The translations under genes were made by a program, and so were the position numbers. Under the pieces are notes generated by a model, which was not told the origin of the DNA, did not search any database, and saw only the letters and a list, made by a program, of their open reading frames with translations. A stretch of 64,000 nt of DNA, taken from the NCBI GenBank assembly GCA_003233345.1, contig QILK01000044.1:4874-68873 (forward strand), read 5' to 3'. The stretch is from Gammaproteobacteria bacterium. GTDB taxonomy: Bacteria; Pseudomonadota; Gammaproteobacteria; SZUA-21. Shown here piece after piece: positions 20,060 through 31,176 of this stretch (position 1 is the first letter of the stretch; each line of letters starts with the position of its first letter).

Positions 20060-21279
20060 TTTGTCACCCTATCTGGCACTGGCTTGGTTTTTTCTTTTAA
20101 ACTAGTCAAAAACAAGATCACAAAAAAGCCAAAATAAGCGATGGTCAAAACCTGTGTTGCCATCTTAAAAACCGGTGTTGGTTTTTGCATTCCCAAGTAT
20201 CCCAATACGATAAAAACCAACGCAAATGTCATCAGGTTAATTTTAAATAATGTACTTCGATAGCGTATTGACTTAATCGGGTTTCGATCGAGCCAGGGAA
20301 CAAAAAATAAAACAATGATGGATGCCGCCATAACCATGACACCCCCCAGTTTCCAGTCTACTGCACGTAGAATCGCGTAAAACGGGGTAAAATACCATAA
20401 TGGCTTGATATGTTCCGGGGTCGCCAGATGACTGGCCGGCACATTGTTATCGTGCTCAATAAACAAACCGAAAAAATCGGGAATAAAAAATACCACCGCC
20501 AGAAAAATCGTCATAAAGACGCCGACACCAAAAATATCCTTGACGGTGTAATAAGGGTGGAAGGGTATGCCATCCAGTGGAATACCGTCTGCTCCTTTCT
20601 TTTTCTTGATCTCCACACCGTCCGGGTTATTGGAACCCACTTCATGTAGCGCCAATATGTGCATGACCACTAAAACCATCAAAATCAAGGGTACAGCAAT
20701 GACATGGAAAGCAAAAAACCGGTTTAAGGTGGTGTCGGAAATAGAGAAATCGCCACGAATCCACTGGGAAATATCATCCCCGATCCAGGGAATGGCACTA
20801 AAAAGGTTGATAATGACCTTGCCACCCCACAGAGACATATTCCCCCAAGGTAACAAATAGCCAAGAAAGGCCTCTGCCATCAGGCAAACATAAATTAGCA
20901 TGCCTAAAATCCAGATCAGTTCACGCGGTTTTTTGTAAGACCCGTACATTAAGCCGCGAAACATATGCAAATAAACGACAATAAAAAAAGCTGACGCGCC
21001 CACGGCATGCAAGTAACGTATAATATAGCCGTTTGGCACTTCGCGCATGATATATTCAACCGAGGCAAATGCGGTCGCCGCACCGGGCTTGTAATTCATT
21101 GTCAGTAAGATACCGGTAATTATCTGATTAACCAGTACCAGTAGCGCCAACGAACCAAAATAGTACCAAAAATTAAAATTCTTTGGTGCATAATATTTGG
21201 CCATATGATCGTCCCACATCTTGGTCATGGGGAAACGGTCATCTATCCAAATTCGCAAATTCGCAAGCGCGCTACTCAT
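20056..21279 (-). CDS. petB: ubiquinol-cytochrome c reductase cytochrome b subunit
   Basis: 407-aa polytopic membrane protein with conserved cytochrome b His ligands and PEWY-like region. Confidence 0.9.
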   Translation of the reverse strand: MSSALANLRIWIDDRFPMTKMWDDHMAKYYAPKNFNFWYYFGSLALLVLVNQIITGILLTMNYKPGAATAFASVEYIMREVPNGYIIRYLHAVGASAFFIVVYLHMFRGLMYGSYKKPRELIWILGMLIYVCLMAEAFLGYLLPWGNMSLWGGKVIINLFSAIPWIGDDISQWIRGDFSISDTTLNRFFAFHVIAVPLILMVLVVMHILALHEVGSNNPDGVEIKKKKGADGIPLDGIPFHPYYTVKDIFGVGVFMTIFLAVVFFIPDFFGLFIEHDNNVPASHLATPEHIKPLWYFTPFYAILRAVDWKLGGVMVMAASIIVLFFVPWLDRNPIKSIRYRSTLFKINLMTFALVFIVLGYLGMQKPTPVFKMATQVLTIAYFGFFVILFLTSLKEKTKPVPDRVTK

Positions 21280-21890
21280 GATGCGGCTCCTTTTTTCTCT
21301 TTTTTAACAACACCACCAATAATAACTTTAGCATTGTTATCGGTAAACCGGTGATTCGGCACCACTAGATTGGTCGGCGCAGGAACATGTTTATAAACGC
21401 GCCCGGCGTAGTCAAAAGTTGATCCGTGGCAAGCACACAGGTAACCACCAGGCCAGTCTGCGCCGAGGTCGCCGCCTGCCTGTTCTTCTCTTGGAGAACA
21501 CCCCAGGTGTGTGCAAAGACCAATAACCACCATCATATCTTTTGTTTTTGAGCGATATTTATTTTTAGCATAATCCGGCTGTTGTTCTGCCACCTCGGAA
21601 TTGGGATCGCGTAGCTTGTCATCGTCGACCGCCTCAATCGCTTTAATCACGTCTGGTGTCCGCTTCATAATCCAGACTGGCTTGTTTCGCCATTCGACAA
21701 CCAGTAATTTTCCGGGGGGTAACTTGCTGATATCAACTTCGATCGGGGCACCCTGAGCCTTATCCTTTTCGCTGATTGTCATGTAATTGATCATCATAAG
21801 GGTCGCCGCTCCGGCACCTACTGCCCCAACGACCGATGTGCTTGCGGTTAAAAACCGACGCCTTTTTAGATCTACGCCCTCGTCATTCAT
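21276..21890 (-). CDS. petA: ubiquinol-cytochrome c reductase Rieske iron-sulfur subunit (probable start at MNDEGVDLKRRRFL)
   Basis: Tat-type RRRFL signal, CTHLGC and CACHGS Rieske boxes. Confidence 0.9.
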   Translation of the reverse strand: MNDEGVDLKRRRFLTASTSVVGAVGAGAATLMMINYMTISEKDKAQGAPIEVDISKLPPGKLLVVEWRNKPVWIMKRTPDVIKAIEAVDDDKLRDPNSEVAEQQPDYAKNKYRSKTKDMMVVIGLCTHLGCSPREEQAGGDLGADWPGGYLCACHGSTFDYAGRVYKHVPAPTNLVVPNHRFTDNNAKVIIGGVVKKEKKGAAS

Positions 21891-22187
21891 GAGGTGTTCT
21901 CCTGAATAAATAGCTACTAACAAAAATTTTGAAATATATACCCTATCCGTACCTTTACGGCGCGCTGATTCTATCAGAATATGAATACATTTTCACATAC
22001 TATAAAAGTTGGTCTTTTGAGGAGCGGTACAGAGCACTGCTGTTATATTGTTTTTCCTGATTATCAATCACTTGATATACTACAATAGGCATAGAGCTAA
22101 TTACATGAAATTATATGACGATAAAATAATATGATTATGGAATAAATTAGTCGGCATAAACGTTTAATCACAGTTGATAGTAAAAAT

Positions 22188-23360
22188 ATGCAAATGGGTA
22201 AACAACTGAAATTTATTTTACAAAGTGTACTGCTGGGTCTGGCGATCGCATTTATTGTTATTTTGATTAAACCTAATTTATTACTAGGCAATCGCAATAC
22301 CCTTTCTGCTAATAACCAGAAAGATGCGGCGAGCAGCAAACCATCACCACCGGTAATGATGTATTCCTACGCGGCGGCAGTAAAAGCGGCAGCCCCTGCT
22401 GTCGTTAATATCTATTCGGCCAAGCAAAGCATGCCGCTGGTTTATCGCTATATTGACCCCCGGTTCAACACGATTTTGCCCCCAGAACAAGCTCAGTCAA
22501 AGCCCAAGTATAAGTTAAAAAGTCTCGGTTCCGGGGTAATTTTTGACAACAAGGGTTATATCCTCACCAACAACCATCTGGTCAAAGGCGCGGATAAAAT
22601 CCAGGTACTGCTCTATGACGGTCGTACCGCCACGGCTAAATTAATTGGTAATGACCCTGGCACTGACATCGCCGTGCTAAAAATAGACTTGCCAAATTTA
22701 CCTTCGATTAAATTTGGTTCCTCAGAAAAGCTGCTAGTCGGTGATGTTGTTCTAGCCATTGGCAATCCATACGGCGTAGGCCAAACGGTCACGCAAGGCA
22801 TTATCAGCGCCAAAGGTCGAAACCGGCTGGGTCTGACAACATACGAAAATTTTCTACAAACGGATGCCGCCATTAACCCTGGCAACTCTGGCGGTGCTTT
22901 AATTAATCCTAAAGGCGAGCTGATTGGCATCAGCACGGCTATCTATTCAAAAAGCGGCGGTTCACAAGGAATCGGATTTGCAATTCCAGTCAACGATGCA
23001 AAACAGGTGATGACCAGCATCCTCAAACATGGTTATGTTATGCGCGGCTGGCTAGGCGTTGGCGTCATGAATGTTAACCAGCGAGCAAGAGATTCATTCT
23101 CGCTAAAATCCGACTCCAATGGTGTTCTGATAACACAGATAATCGCCCATGGCCCTGGTCAAATTGCCGGGCTGATGCCCTATGACATTATCATGCAAAT
23201 AAATGATACCAAGATCTTCGATTCAAAACATTTCACTAACTTTGTCGCCCAACTTGAACCGGGTACGGAAGTGGATATTTATATTCTTCGCGAGGGCAAA
23301 GGCTACAAAACCAAGGCATCGGTCACCATGCAACCGGCATTCAACTTTATCCGCCGTTAG
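22188..23360 (+). CDS. membrane-anchored periplasmic serine endoprotease, DegS/AlgW family (trypsin domain + one PDZ)
   Basis: N-terminal TM anchor, GNSGGAL catalytic serine motif, single C-terminal PDZ domain; 390 aa. Confidence 0.85.
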   Translation: MQMGKQLKFILQSVLLGLAIAFIVILIKPNLLLGNRNTLSANNQKDAASSKPSPPVMMYSYAAAVKAAAPAVVNIYSAKQSMPLVYRYIDPRFNTILPPEQAQSKPKYKLKSLGSGVIFDNKGYILTNNHLVKGADKIQVLLYDGRTATAKLIGNDPGTDIAVLKIDLPNLPSIKFGSSEKLLVGDVVLAIGNPYGVGQTVTQGIISAKGRNRLGLTTYENFLQTDAAINPGNSGGALINPKGELIGISTAIYSKSGGSQGIGFAIPVNDAKQVMTSILKHGYVMRGWLGVGVMNVNQRARDSFSLKSDSNGVLITQIIAHGPGQIAGLMPYDIIMQINDTKIFDSKHFTNFVAQLEPGTEVDIYILREGKGYKTKASVTMQPAFNFIRR

Positions 23361-23518
23361 CCCCTATCGATAAAATATTCATTCGAGCCCGAATATTTCA
23401 TAAATTTGAACTGACTAATTTAACAATTTTAAGTGCTATTAGCTGTTGTATTTTAGGCTATTTGAATTTGGGGTTATTATCCTATTTAGCAGCGCCCTTT
23501 ACATCCGCGAGCCACAAG

Positions 23519-23837
23519 ATTTTTTTCAGCGCAGACAACTGGGGTTGTAATGACGCTGAAAAAAACTTCTGACTCGCGTGAATTTAGGGGAAACCTAAAT
23601 AGCTTCACTGCTGTCCCATCATTCCGGACTTGTTCCTGAATCCGGTGTTTTCAACAACTTCCTGAATGCCGGAGCAAGTCTGGGCAGTGAAATATCTTAT
23701 AAAAAAGAATAACAATATCAAATTCACTGGAAGCCCCTCTACGGTCAGTCAGAAGATTTTTTTTCGCGTCATTACAACCCCAGTTGTCTGCGCGAAAAAA
23801 AAACTTCTGACTGACCGTAGACCGTAGAAAGAGGGGC
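23519..23837. repeat. about 320-bp nested palindromic element (MITE-like or structured RNA) between convergent degS-like and hisC
   Basis: Left unit TTTTTTTCAGCG-CAGACAACTGGGGTTGTAATGA-CGCTGAAAAAAA-CTTCTGACT and its inverse copy at the right end, outer inverted repeats CCCCTCTACGGTCAGTCAGAAG / CTTCTGACTGACCGTAG(ACCGTAG)AAAGAGGGG, plus further internal palindromes. Confidence 0.7.
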
Positions 23838-23895
23838 GTTCTAAAAAAGGATAGTAGCCCAAGCCACAGCTTAATTTTTATATTTCATAAAAAGG

Positions 23896-24957
23896 TTAAA
23901 TAGCTTTTATTAACGAATTAATAAAAGCAGCGTTCTGTTCCGGGGTACCAACAGTTACCCGCAAGCAATCTTTAAGTGCCGGGCCGGCTTTAGAGAGGTT
24001 TTTAATTAATACACCCTCATCGAGAATCGATTTAAAAACCCGGTCGCCGCTATCGGCTGGACATCGAAAAAGAATAAAATTGGCCTGACTCGGATAGACT
24101 TTCAAACTGTCGATTGCTAACATTTTTTTAAATAAATTTTCCCGCTGAATGCAAATTTCATGGGTCTGCTTGTCTATTTCGTCTCGATTAAGCAAGGCAA
24201 ATTCGGCGCTGGCCTGCGTTAACGAATTAATATTGTAGGGCAGTCTAAGCTTGTCGAGTTCACTCACCAGCGCGGCCGGTCCACACAAATAGCCCAACCG
24301 CAGACCCGCTAATCCCATTTTCGAAACGGTACGCATTAACAATAGATTATCGTACTTTTGCAGATCATCTTTAAACGAATGATCGGAAAACGCCGCATAA
24401 GCTTCATCGATCACAACCAGGCCTTGCGTCGTTTGAATAATCTCAGCGATTAACGCCGGATCAAATAAATTACCGGTCGGATTATTCGGATAGGCAATAA
24501 ATATCACCTCCGGCGACCGCCGTTTTATTGCCTTTAATATCGCTGCTTTATCTAGTTCGAAATCAGGCGTTAACGGAATGCCCTGGTAATGCAGGCGACA
24601 ATATTTGCTTATCATCTGATACATGACAAAGCTGGGTTCAACTGACATAACCGTGGCGTTGTCCGCCGCAATTGCCATTAATATTATCTGAATAAGTTCA
24701 TCCGATCCGTTTCCCAAAATAACCTGGCAGGCTTCGGGCAAATCAAATGACCGCCTGATCATTGTGTTTAGCGCACTGGCACCTGGATCTGGATAACGGT
24801 TTAGCGATACCTTCGACAAGGTCTGTAACCACGCCTGTGTCATTGATTCCGGCCAGGTATAAGGATTTTCCATTGCATCCAGTTTTATAAGCCCACTGGC
24901 ATCCGGAACATAATACGCAGAAAGCGCCTGAATATCAGGGCGAATAGGATTTTTCAT
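23896..24957 (-). CDS. hisC: histidinol-phosphate aminotransferase
   Basis: 353-aa class II aminotransferase with PLP-lysine region, follows hisD. Confidence 0.9.
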   Translation of the reverse strand: MKNPIRPDIQALSAYYVPDASGLIKLDAMENPYTWPESMTQAWLQTLSKVSLNRYPDPGASALNTMIRRSFDLPEACQVILGNGSDELIQIILMAIAADNATVMSVEPSFVMYQMISKYCRLHYQGIPLTPDFELDKAAILKAIKRRSPEVIFIAYPNNPTGNLFDPALIAEIIQTTQGLVVIDEAYAAFSDHSFKDDLQKYDNLLLMRTVSKMGLAGLRLGYLCGPAALVSELDKLRLPYNINSLTQASAEFALLNRDEIDKQTHEICIQRENLFKKMLAIDSLKVYPSQANFILFRCPADSGDRVFKSILDEGVLIKNLSKAGPALKDCLRVTVGTPEQNAAFINSLIKAI

Positions 24958-24961
24958 GGTG

Positions 24962-26293
24962 TTAATCTTTTAGTATCTTTTTATCGATTCGATTTTCTGC
25001 CGATCTTGCGTGTGCCGTCAAACCTTCACCACGCGCCAGGATTGACGCGGTCTCTCCCAACACCGATGCGCCAACCGCAGAACAGTTAATCAGGCTGGTA
25101 CGCTTTTGAAAATCATAGACGCCTAGCGGAGAAGAAAAGCGTGCTGTCTGAGCAGTCGGTAAAACGTGATTGGGCCCGGCACAATAGTCTCCCAAAGCCT
25201 CTGCGGTGTGTCGGCCCATAAAGATGGCACCCGCATGTTTAACCTGATCAATCAACGCATCCGGGTTGTCGACGGAAAGCTCTAAATGCTCGGGGGCAAT
25301 ATGGTTTACCAGTTCAATTGCCTGCTGGATATTTTCGACACTTATCAGTGCACCTCGATTTTTTAATGACTGCGTAATTATTTCCGCACGTTCCATCTCC
25401 GGCAACAACTTTTCGATGCTGGTTTGCACCTTATCGAGAAAACCTTTATCAGGAGAAATCAGAATCGCCTGCGCATCTTCATCATGCTCGGCCTGGGAAA
25501 ACAGATCCATGGCAATCCAATCCGGATCGGTGTTACCGTCGCAGACAATCAGGATCTCTGATGGTCCGGCAACCATATCGATACCAACAGCACCGAACAC
25601 CGTTCGTTTTGCTGTTGCGACATAGATATTACCCGGCCCAACGATCTTATCCACCCGGGGTACCGATTCGGTGCCGTAGGCCAACGCGGCAACCGCCTGC
25701 GCACCGCCAATCATAATCACCTTTGATACACCAGCGATAGCGGCGGCAGCCATCACCAGCGCATTGATCTCGCCTCCAGGCGCAGGCACCACCATGATAA
25801 TCTCGGAAACCTCGGCGACTTTAGCAGGAATGGCGCTCATCAACACTGAAGATGGATAGGCAGCCTTACCACCAGGCACGTATAACCCGACTCGATCCAG
25901 CGAGGTAACCTGTTGCCCGAGGACGGTTCCATCGGCCTCGGTAAACGACCAGGACTCCATTTTCTGACGCTCGGCATAGGCTTTAATACGCTCTGCTGCC
26001 AGTAATAATGCGGCGTGCTGATCACCGGTAATTTTTTTTACATACGCCGACAAAGGACCTGAATCCAGATGACAGTCATCTATCGTCAAGGCTTGCATGG
26101 AGGTCTCATTACGTCGATCAAACTTGTTAGTGTATTCCAGTACGGCGTCGTCACCCCGGGTTTTAACTTGATGCAATATCTCGTCGACCACCTTGACGAC
26201 ATCGGTATTAGAGACGCTCTCCCAACGAATTAATGCATCCACTTCGGCTTTAAAACTATTTGACTGGCTGTCCAGCCGCTTAATGTTTACCAC
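24962..26293 (-). CDS. hisD: histidinol dehydrogenase
   Basis: 443 aa, conserved HisD motifs. Confidence 0.9.
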   Translation of the reverse strand: MVNIKRLDSQSNSFKAEVDALIRWESVSNTDVVKVVDEILHQVKTRGDDAVLEYTNKFDRRNETSMQALTIDDCHLDSGPLSAYVKKITGDQHAALLLAAERIKAYAERQKMESWSFTEADGTVLGQQVTSLDRVGLYVPGGKAAYPSSVLMSAIPAKVAEVSEIIMVVPAPGGEINALVMAAAAIAGVSKVIMIGGAQAVAALAYGTESVPRVDKIVGPGNIYVATAKRTVFGAVGIDMVAGPSEILIVCDGNTDPDWIAMDLFSQAEHDEDAQAILISPDKGFLDKVQTSIEKLLPEMERAEIITQSLKNRGALISVENIQQAIELVNHIAPEHLELSVDNPDALIDQVKHAGAIFMGRHTAEALGDYCAGPNHVLPTAQTARFSSPLGVYDFQKRTSLINCSAVGASVLGETASILARGEGLTAHARSAENRIDKKILKD

Positions 26294-26315
26294 GGTTTCA
26301 TCCCCAATATAATCT

Positions 26316-26954
26316 CTATTTTTTCTTTGCCACTGCGGTCTCTATCTGTCGAATAAACTGTTTGATTTGCACGTGTCGTATCTTCATGGCCGCCTTGTTA
26401 ACCACTAATCGAGAACTGATGTCAGCAATATGTGCGACCGGTGACAAGCCGTTAGCCTTTAACGTGTTGCCGGTATCGACCAGGTCAACAATACAATCAG
26501 CCAAACCAGCGATTGGCGCCAGTTCCATGGAGCCATATAATTTTATAATTTCTGCCTGTTGCCCTTTGCTGGCAAAATAATTGCGCGCGGTTTTGACATA
26601 TTTAGTCGCTACCTTAATTCGCGGCTGATCGATGGATTTTCCGTTTTCCGCTGCCACCATGATCTTGCAAACCGCTATTTTCAGGTCAACTGGCTCATAT
26701 AATCCAGTTCCATCATGCTCTAATAATACATCTTTCCCGGCAACCCCTATTTGCGCGGCACCATATTCAACATACGTCGGCACATCGGATGCCCGAATCA
26801 CCAATAATTTTATATCGGCCTGGTTAGTATCCAGAATAAGCTTGCGACTGGTGTCCGGATCATCGATCGGCGTCACACCGGCATAGGCCAATAACGGTAG
26901 CGTGTCTTTTAGAATTCTGCCTTTCGAAAGCGCAATTGTTAATATCTCACTCAT
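26316..26954 (-). CDS. hisG: ATP phosphoribosyltransferase (long form)
   Basis: 212 aa HisG. Confidence 0.9.
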   Translation of the reverse strand: MSEILTIALSKGRILKDTLPLLAYAGVTPIDDPDTSRKLILDTNQADIKLLVIRASDVPTYVEYGAAQIGVAGKDVLLEHDGTGLYEPVDLKIAVCKIMVAAENGKSIDQPRIKVATKYVKTARNYFASKGQQAEIIKLYGSMELAPIAGLADCIVDLVDTGNTLKANGLSPVAHIADISSRLVVNKAAMKIRHVQIKQFIRQIETAVAKKK

Positions 26955-26986
26955 AACCTGTCCGTTTTCCTGATTAAATGCTTTAA

Positions 26987-27099
26987 GGAACCTCTGATTT
27001 ATTCAGAGGTTCCTGCGACACAGGGAAGTGTCGCCAAAATCAATCGCTGTAAGCGATTGATTTTGTGAGCAAAGCAAAAACCACGTTTTTTGCTTTGCG
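26987..27099 (-). promoter_or_regulatory. hisG 5' leader containing four consecutive stem-loops (candidate regulatory leader and murA terminator)
   Basis: Hairpins GGAACCTCTGA/TCAGAGGTTCC, GCGACAC/GTGTCGC, AAAATCAATCGCT/AGCGATTGATTTT, GCAAAGCAAAAA/TTTTTGCTTTGC in 113 bp between murA stop and hisG start. Confidence 0.5.
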
Positions 27100-27143
27100 T
27101 GCTCTGACAATTCAGGAATGAATTGATCAGAGTTTCCATAAGT

Positions 27144-28638
<1,495 letters not shown>

Positions 28639-28833
28639 TTGCTGTCGCTCTATGGTTTTACCTAATGGAAGCTCAAAACAGGTCATCCCCGACTTGTCAG
28701 AGCATGCAAAGCAAGTGAACTTGCGCAGTATAGCAGTATAACAGATAAACACTGAATTCGGTTACCAGAGAATAAACCGCAAATAATGCAGCCCACAGTA
28801 GCGTTTTCAAATTAGTTTAGGCGGTAGAAAGAA

Positions 28834-29136
28834 TTATACGATTGGAAGAACTTGATCCAAGTTACTAACACGAACCATCTTTAACATTTGCTTGGGTAAA
28901 TTAATGAAGTGAATGACCTGATTTCGGTTTCGGGCATCGCTTAACCACTCAACCAACAAGGCGATACCCGCGCTGTCGGAATGAGTAACGCCACCCAAAT
29001 CGATTTTTACGTCGTTTTGATTTTTAAAAAAATTGACAGCCCTTTGATGCACGTCAGACACATTGACATAGCTCAATTCACCACGTATGCGAATAAGACC
29101 ATCGGCTGCTTTTTGTATTTCAATTTGATCCGTCAT
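28834..29136 (-). CDS. mlaB: STAS-domain protein, MlaB-like
   Basis: 100-aa STAS domain immediately upstream of ibaG-murA, the canonical position of mlaB. Confidence 0.65.
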   Translation of the reverse strand: MTDQIEIQKAADGLIRIRGELSYVNVSDVHQRAVNFFKNQNDVKIDLGGVTHSDSAGIALLVEWLSDARNRNQVIHFINLPKQMLKMVRVSNLDQVLPIV

Positions 29137-29349
29137 CTCTATTCCCTATGTTAAAACAACAATGCAAAAACTACTTGTTAATGCCTACACTTTAAATAGC
29201 TACACTTATTTTAACGTTTAATCATCCATATGATAATAATATCTACCCTAAATTATAACAGAAATAACATTTTTGTGACGTCCATCACGAATTTATTTTT
29301 TCACTTGCTCGTTACACACAATTTAAAACTAATCCTAATAAGGTTAAAT

Positions 29350-30096
29350 TTAATTTTCAGGAATGCTTAGGCTGACAATGGTTTCTGCCTGCATCATTAG
29401 GCGGGCTGATGGCGGAAACCCGCTAAAATATAGATATAATATGCGATGGCTTTTGTTTTGATCGATAAATTTCTTAACAAACCCTGCCAGTTCTTTTAAG
29501 TTTTTAACAGAAAAACAATTATTTACAATCGCTATTTGGGCGTTGTTGATGTTATCAATATTTGCAGGTGTTGCGCAAAAACAAATGCTTTTGTTTTTAA
29601 ACAACGCATTGTCATCATTATCTTTGGCGGCCGCATGCGGGTCATCATAAAATATATGCACGTCACCCGCTGGTAAACACAGTTTAATCGCTCTGTCGAT
29701 TTTGCTTACAGCATTTTTACCCACCTCCACCTCCAGAATAAAACCAATAAGTTTTTTTTCGAGACGCATCCACTTCTGGCGCCAAGCTTCCGCCAGATTC
29801 TCTCCAGCGATCAGCAAACTCTCAGGTATCGCTACAGAAAATTCAAATTGATCATCGATATCCTCAAGCAACTGATCTATCTGGCGCACACTCATATCCA
29901 ACGACTCACTGGCCGGGATGACCGCCGTCCTAAAGCAATTGCTATAGTAGTTAAACTGCCAGTGCCCAGGCAATTCCTCTGGATAAAACCCACCGCGCCA
30001 TTGCTCGTGACACCAACCATAGGCACCAATATCGATCACTAGTCGGGAGTGTTTCATAAGCGTTTTATCACCGATCGCGCCATTAGCAGTAAGCAA
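29350..30096 (-). CDS. DUF72 (YecE-like) family protein, divergent
   Basis: 248 aa; IGAYGW...WRGGFYP...FNYYSNCFRTAV N-terminal pattern and YLYFSG C-terminal pattern resembling DUF72. Confidence 0.5.
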   Translation of the reverse strand: MLTANGAIGDKTLMKHSRLVIDIGAYGWCHEQWRGGFYPEELPGHWQFNYYSNCFRTAVIPASESLDMSVRQIDQLLEDIDDQFEFSVAIPESLLIAGENLAEAWRQKWMRLEKKLIGFILEVEVGKNAVSKIDRAIKLCLPAGDVHIFYDDPHAAAKDNDDNALFKNKSICFCATPANIDNINNAQIAIVNNCFSVKNLKELAGFVKKFIDQNKSHRILYLYFSGFPPSARLMMQAETIVSLSIPEN

Positions 30097-30164
30097 CCGT
30101 TATAAGGTAGAATAAGGGCTTAATGCAAACACCCTTTAAAACACATCGCTTATAAAATAATGAT

Positions 30165-31151
30165 ATGGACATATTAGAATTTACACTCGCTTTGATTGGC
30201 GGATTTATCATAATCGTATACGGTGCCGACCGCTTTGTCGTTGGCGCATCGGCCACGGCACGTAATTTTGGAATACCGCCACTCATTATCGGCTTAACCA
30301 TTGTCGGCTTAGGAACATCAGCACCCGAAATATTAATTGCTATTGAGGCATCAATCGGCGGCAATACCGGACTGGCAATGGGCAACGCGATTGGTTCCAA
30401 TATTACCAATATTACCCTGATACTGGGCATTACCGCCATCACTGTACCGTTAGTCGTTAAATCCGAAATTTTAAGGAGAGAGTTTCCAATTCTGTTCGCC
30501 GCAATGCTTGTGGTGATTATTTTGATTAGCGATGGTGAGCTGAGTAAGCTCGATGGAATATTAATGATTATTGGCCTATGTGTCATCATGTACTGGATCG
30601 TTAATGTGGCATTGGGCCGCAGGGGCGATCCCATTGATGCCGAATACGAGGCTGAAATCCCCAAAGATATTTCCAATCTTATGGCACTATTCTGGCTTAT
30701 TTTCGGGATGATTCTATTAATTATCAGTTCAAAACTGCTGGTTTGGGGCGCGGTCGGCATCGCAGAATTGATGGGGATTTCACAACTGGTTATCGGATTA
30801 ACGATCATTGCTATTGGTACCAGTCTACCGGAACTGGCCGCGTCGGTTATCAGTGCCAAACGCAATGAACCTGATATTGCCATTGGCAATATCATTGGCT
30901 CTAATATGTTTAATTTATTAGCGGTCATGGCCGTTCCAGGCCTGCTTCATCCAGGTGCTGTCCCGGCAATGGTTTTGTCCCGCGACTATATTATTATGAC
31001 GATTGTCACCCTGCTTTTATTTGCAATGGCATTCGGGTTCCGCGGACCAGGCCAGATTAACCGCGTGGAAGGTTTCGTCTTGTTATTTATCTTTATTGGC
31101 TATCAGGTATTACTCTATATTCATGAATCATCGGGCCCAGCGACTGGGTGA
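30165..31151 (+). CDS. yrbG: Ca2+/Na+ antiporter family inner-membrane protein YrbG
   Basis: 328-aa polytopic protein with two internal alpha-repeat halves (GTS.PE motifs). Confidence 0.85.
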   Translation: MDILEFTLALIGGFIIIVYGADRFVVGASATARNFGIPPLIIGLTIVGLGTSAPEILIAIEASIGGNTGLAMGNAIGSNITNITLILGITAITVPLVVKSEILRREFPILFAAMLVVIILISDGELSKLDGILMIIGLCVIMYWIVNVALGRRGDPIDAEYEAEIPKDISNLMALFWLIFGMILLIISSKLLVWGAVGIAELMGISQLVIGLTIIAIGTSLPELAASVISAKRNEPDIAIGNIIGSNMFNLLAVMAVPGLLHPGAVPAMVLSRDYIIMTIVTLLLFAMAFGFRGPGQINRVEGFVLLFIFIGYQVLLYIHESSGPATG

Positions 31152-31176
31152 GCAACTTATCAAGAATTGACTCAAT

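Noticed and set aside
22097-22339. 80-aa minus-strand ORF in the petA-degS divergent promoter region
   Set aside because: AT-rich intergenic shadow ORF overlapping the degS-like start; no RBS or conservation signal.
26955-27143. Search for a hisL-type leader peptide with consecutive His codons upstream of hisG
   Set aside because: Only a 47-codon ORF without any His run is present, so no classical attenuator peptide could be supported.
30083-30928. 281-aa ORF on minus strand
   Set aside because: Lies entirely antisense to the well-supported yrbG gene; low-complexity I/P/S-rich translation typical of a shadow ORF.
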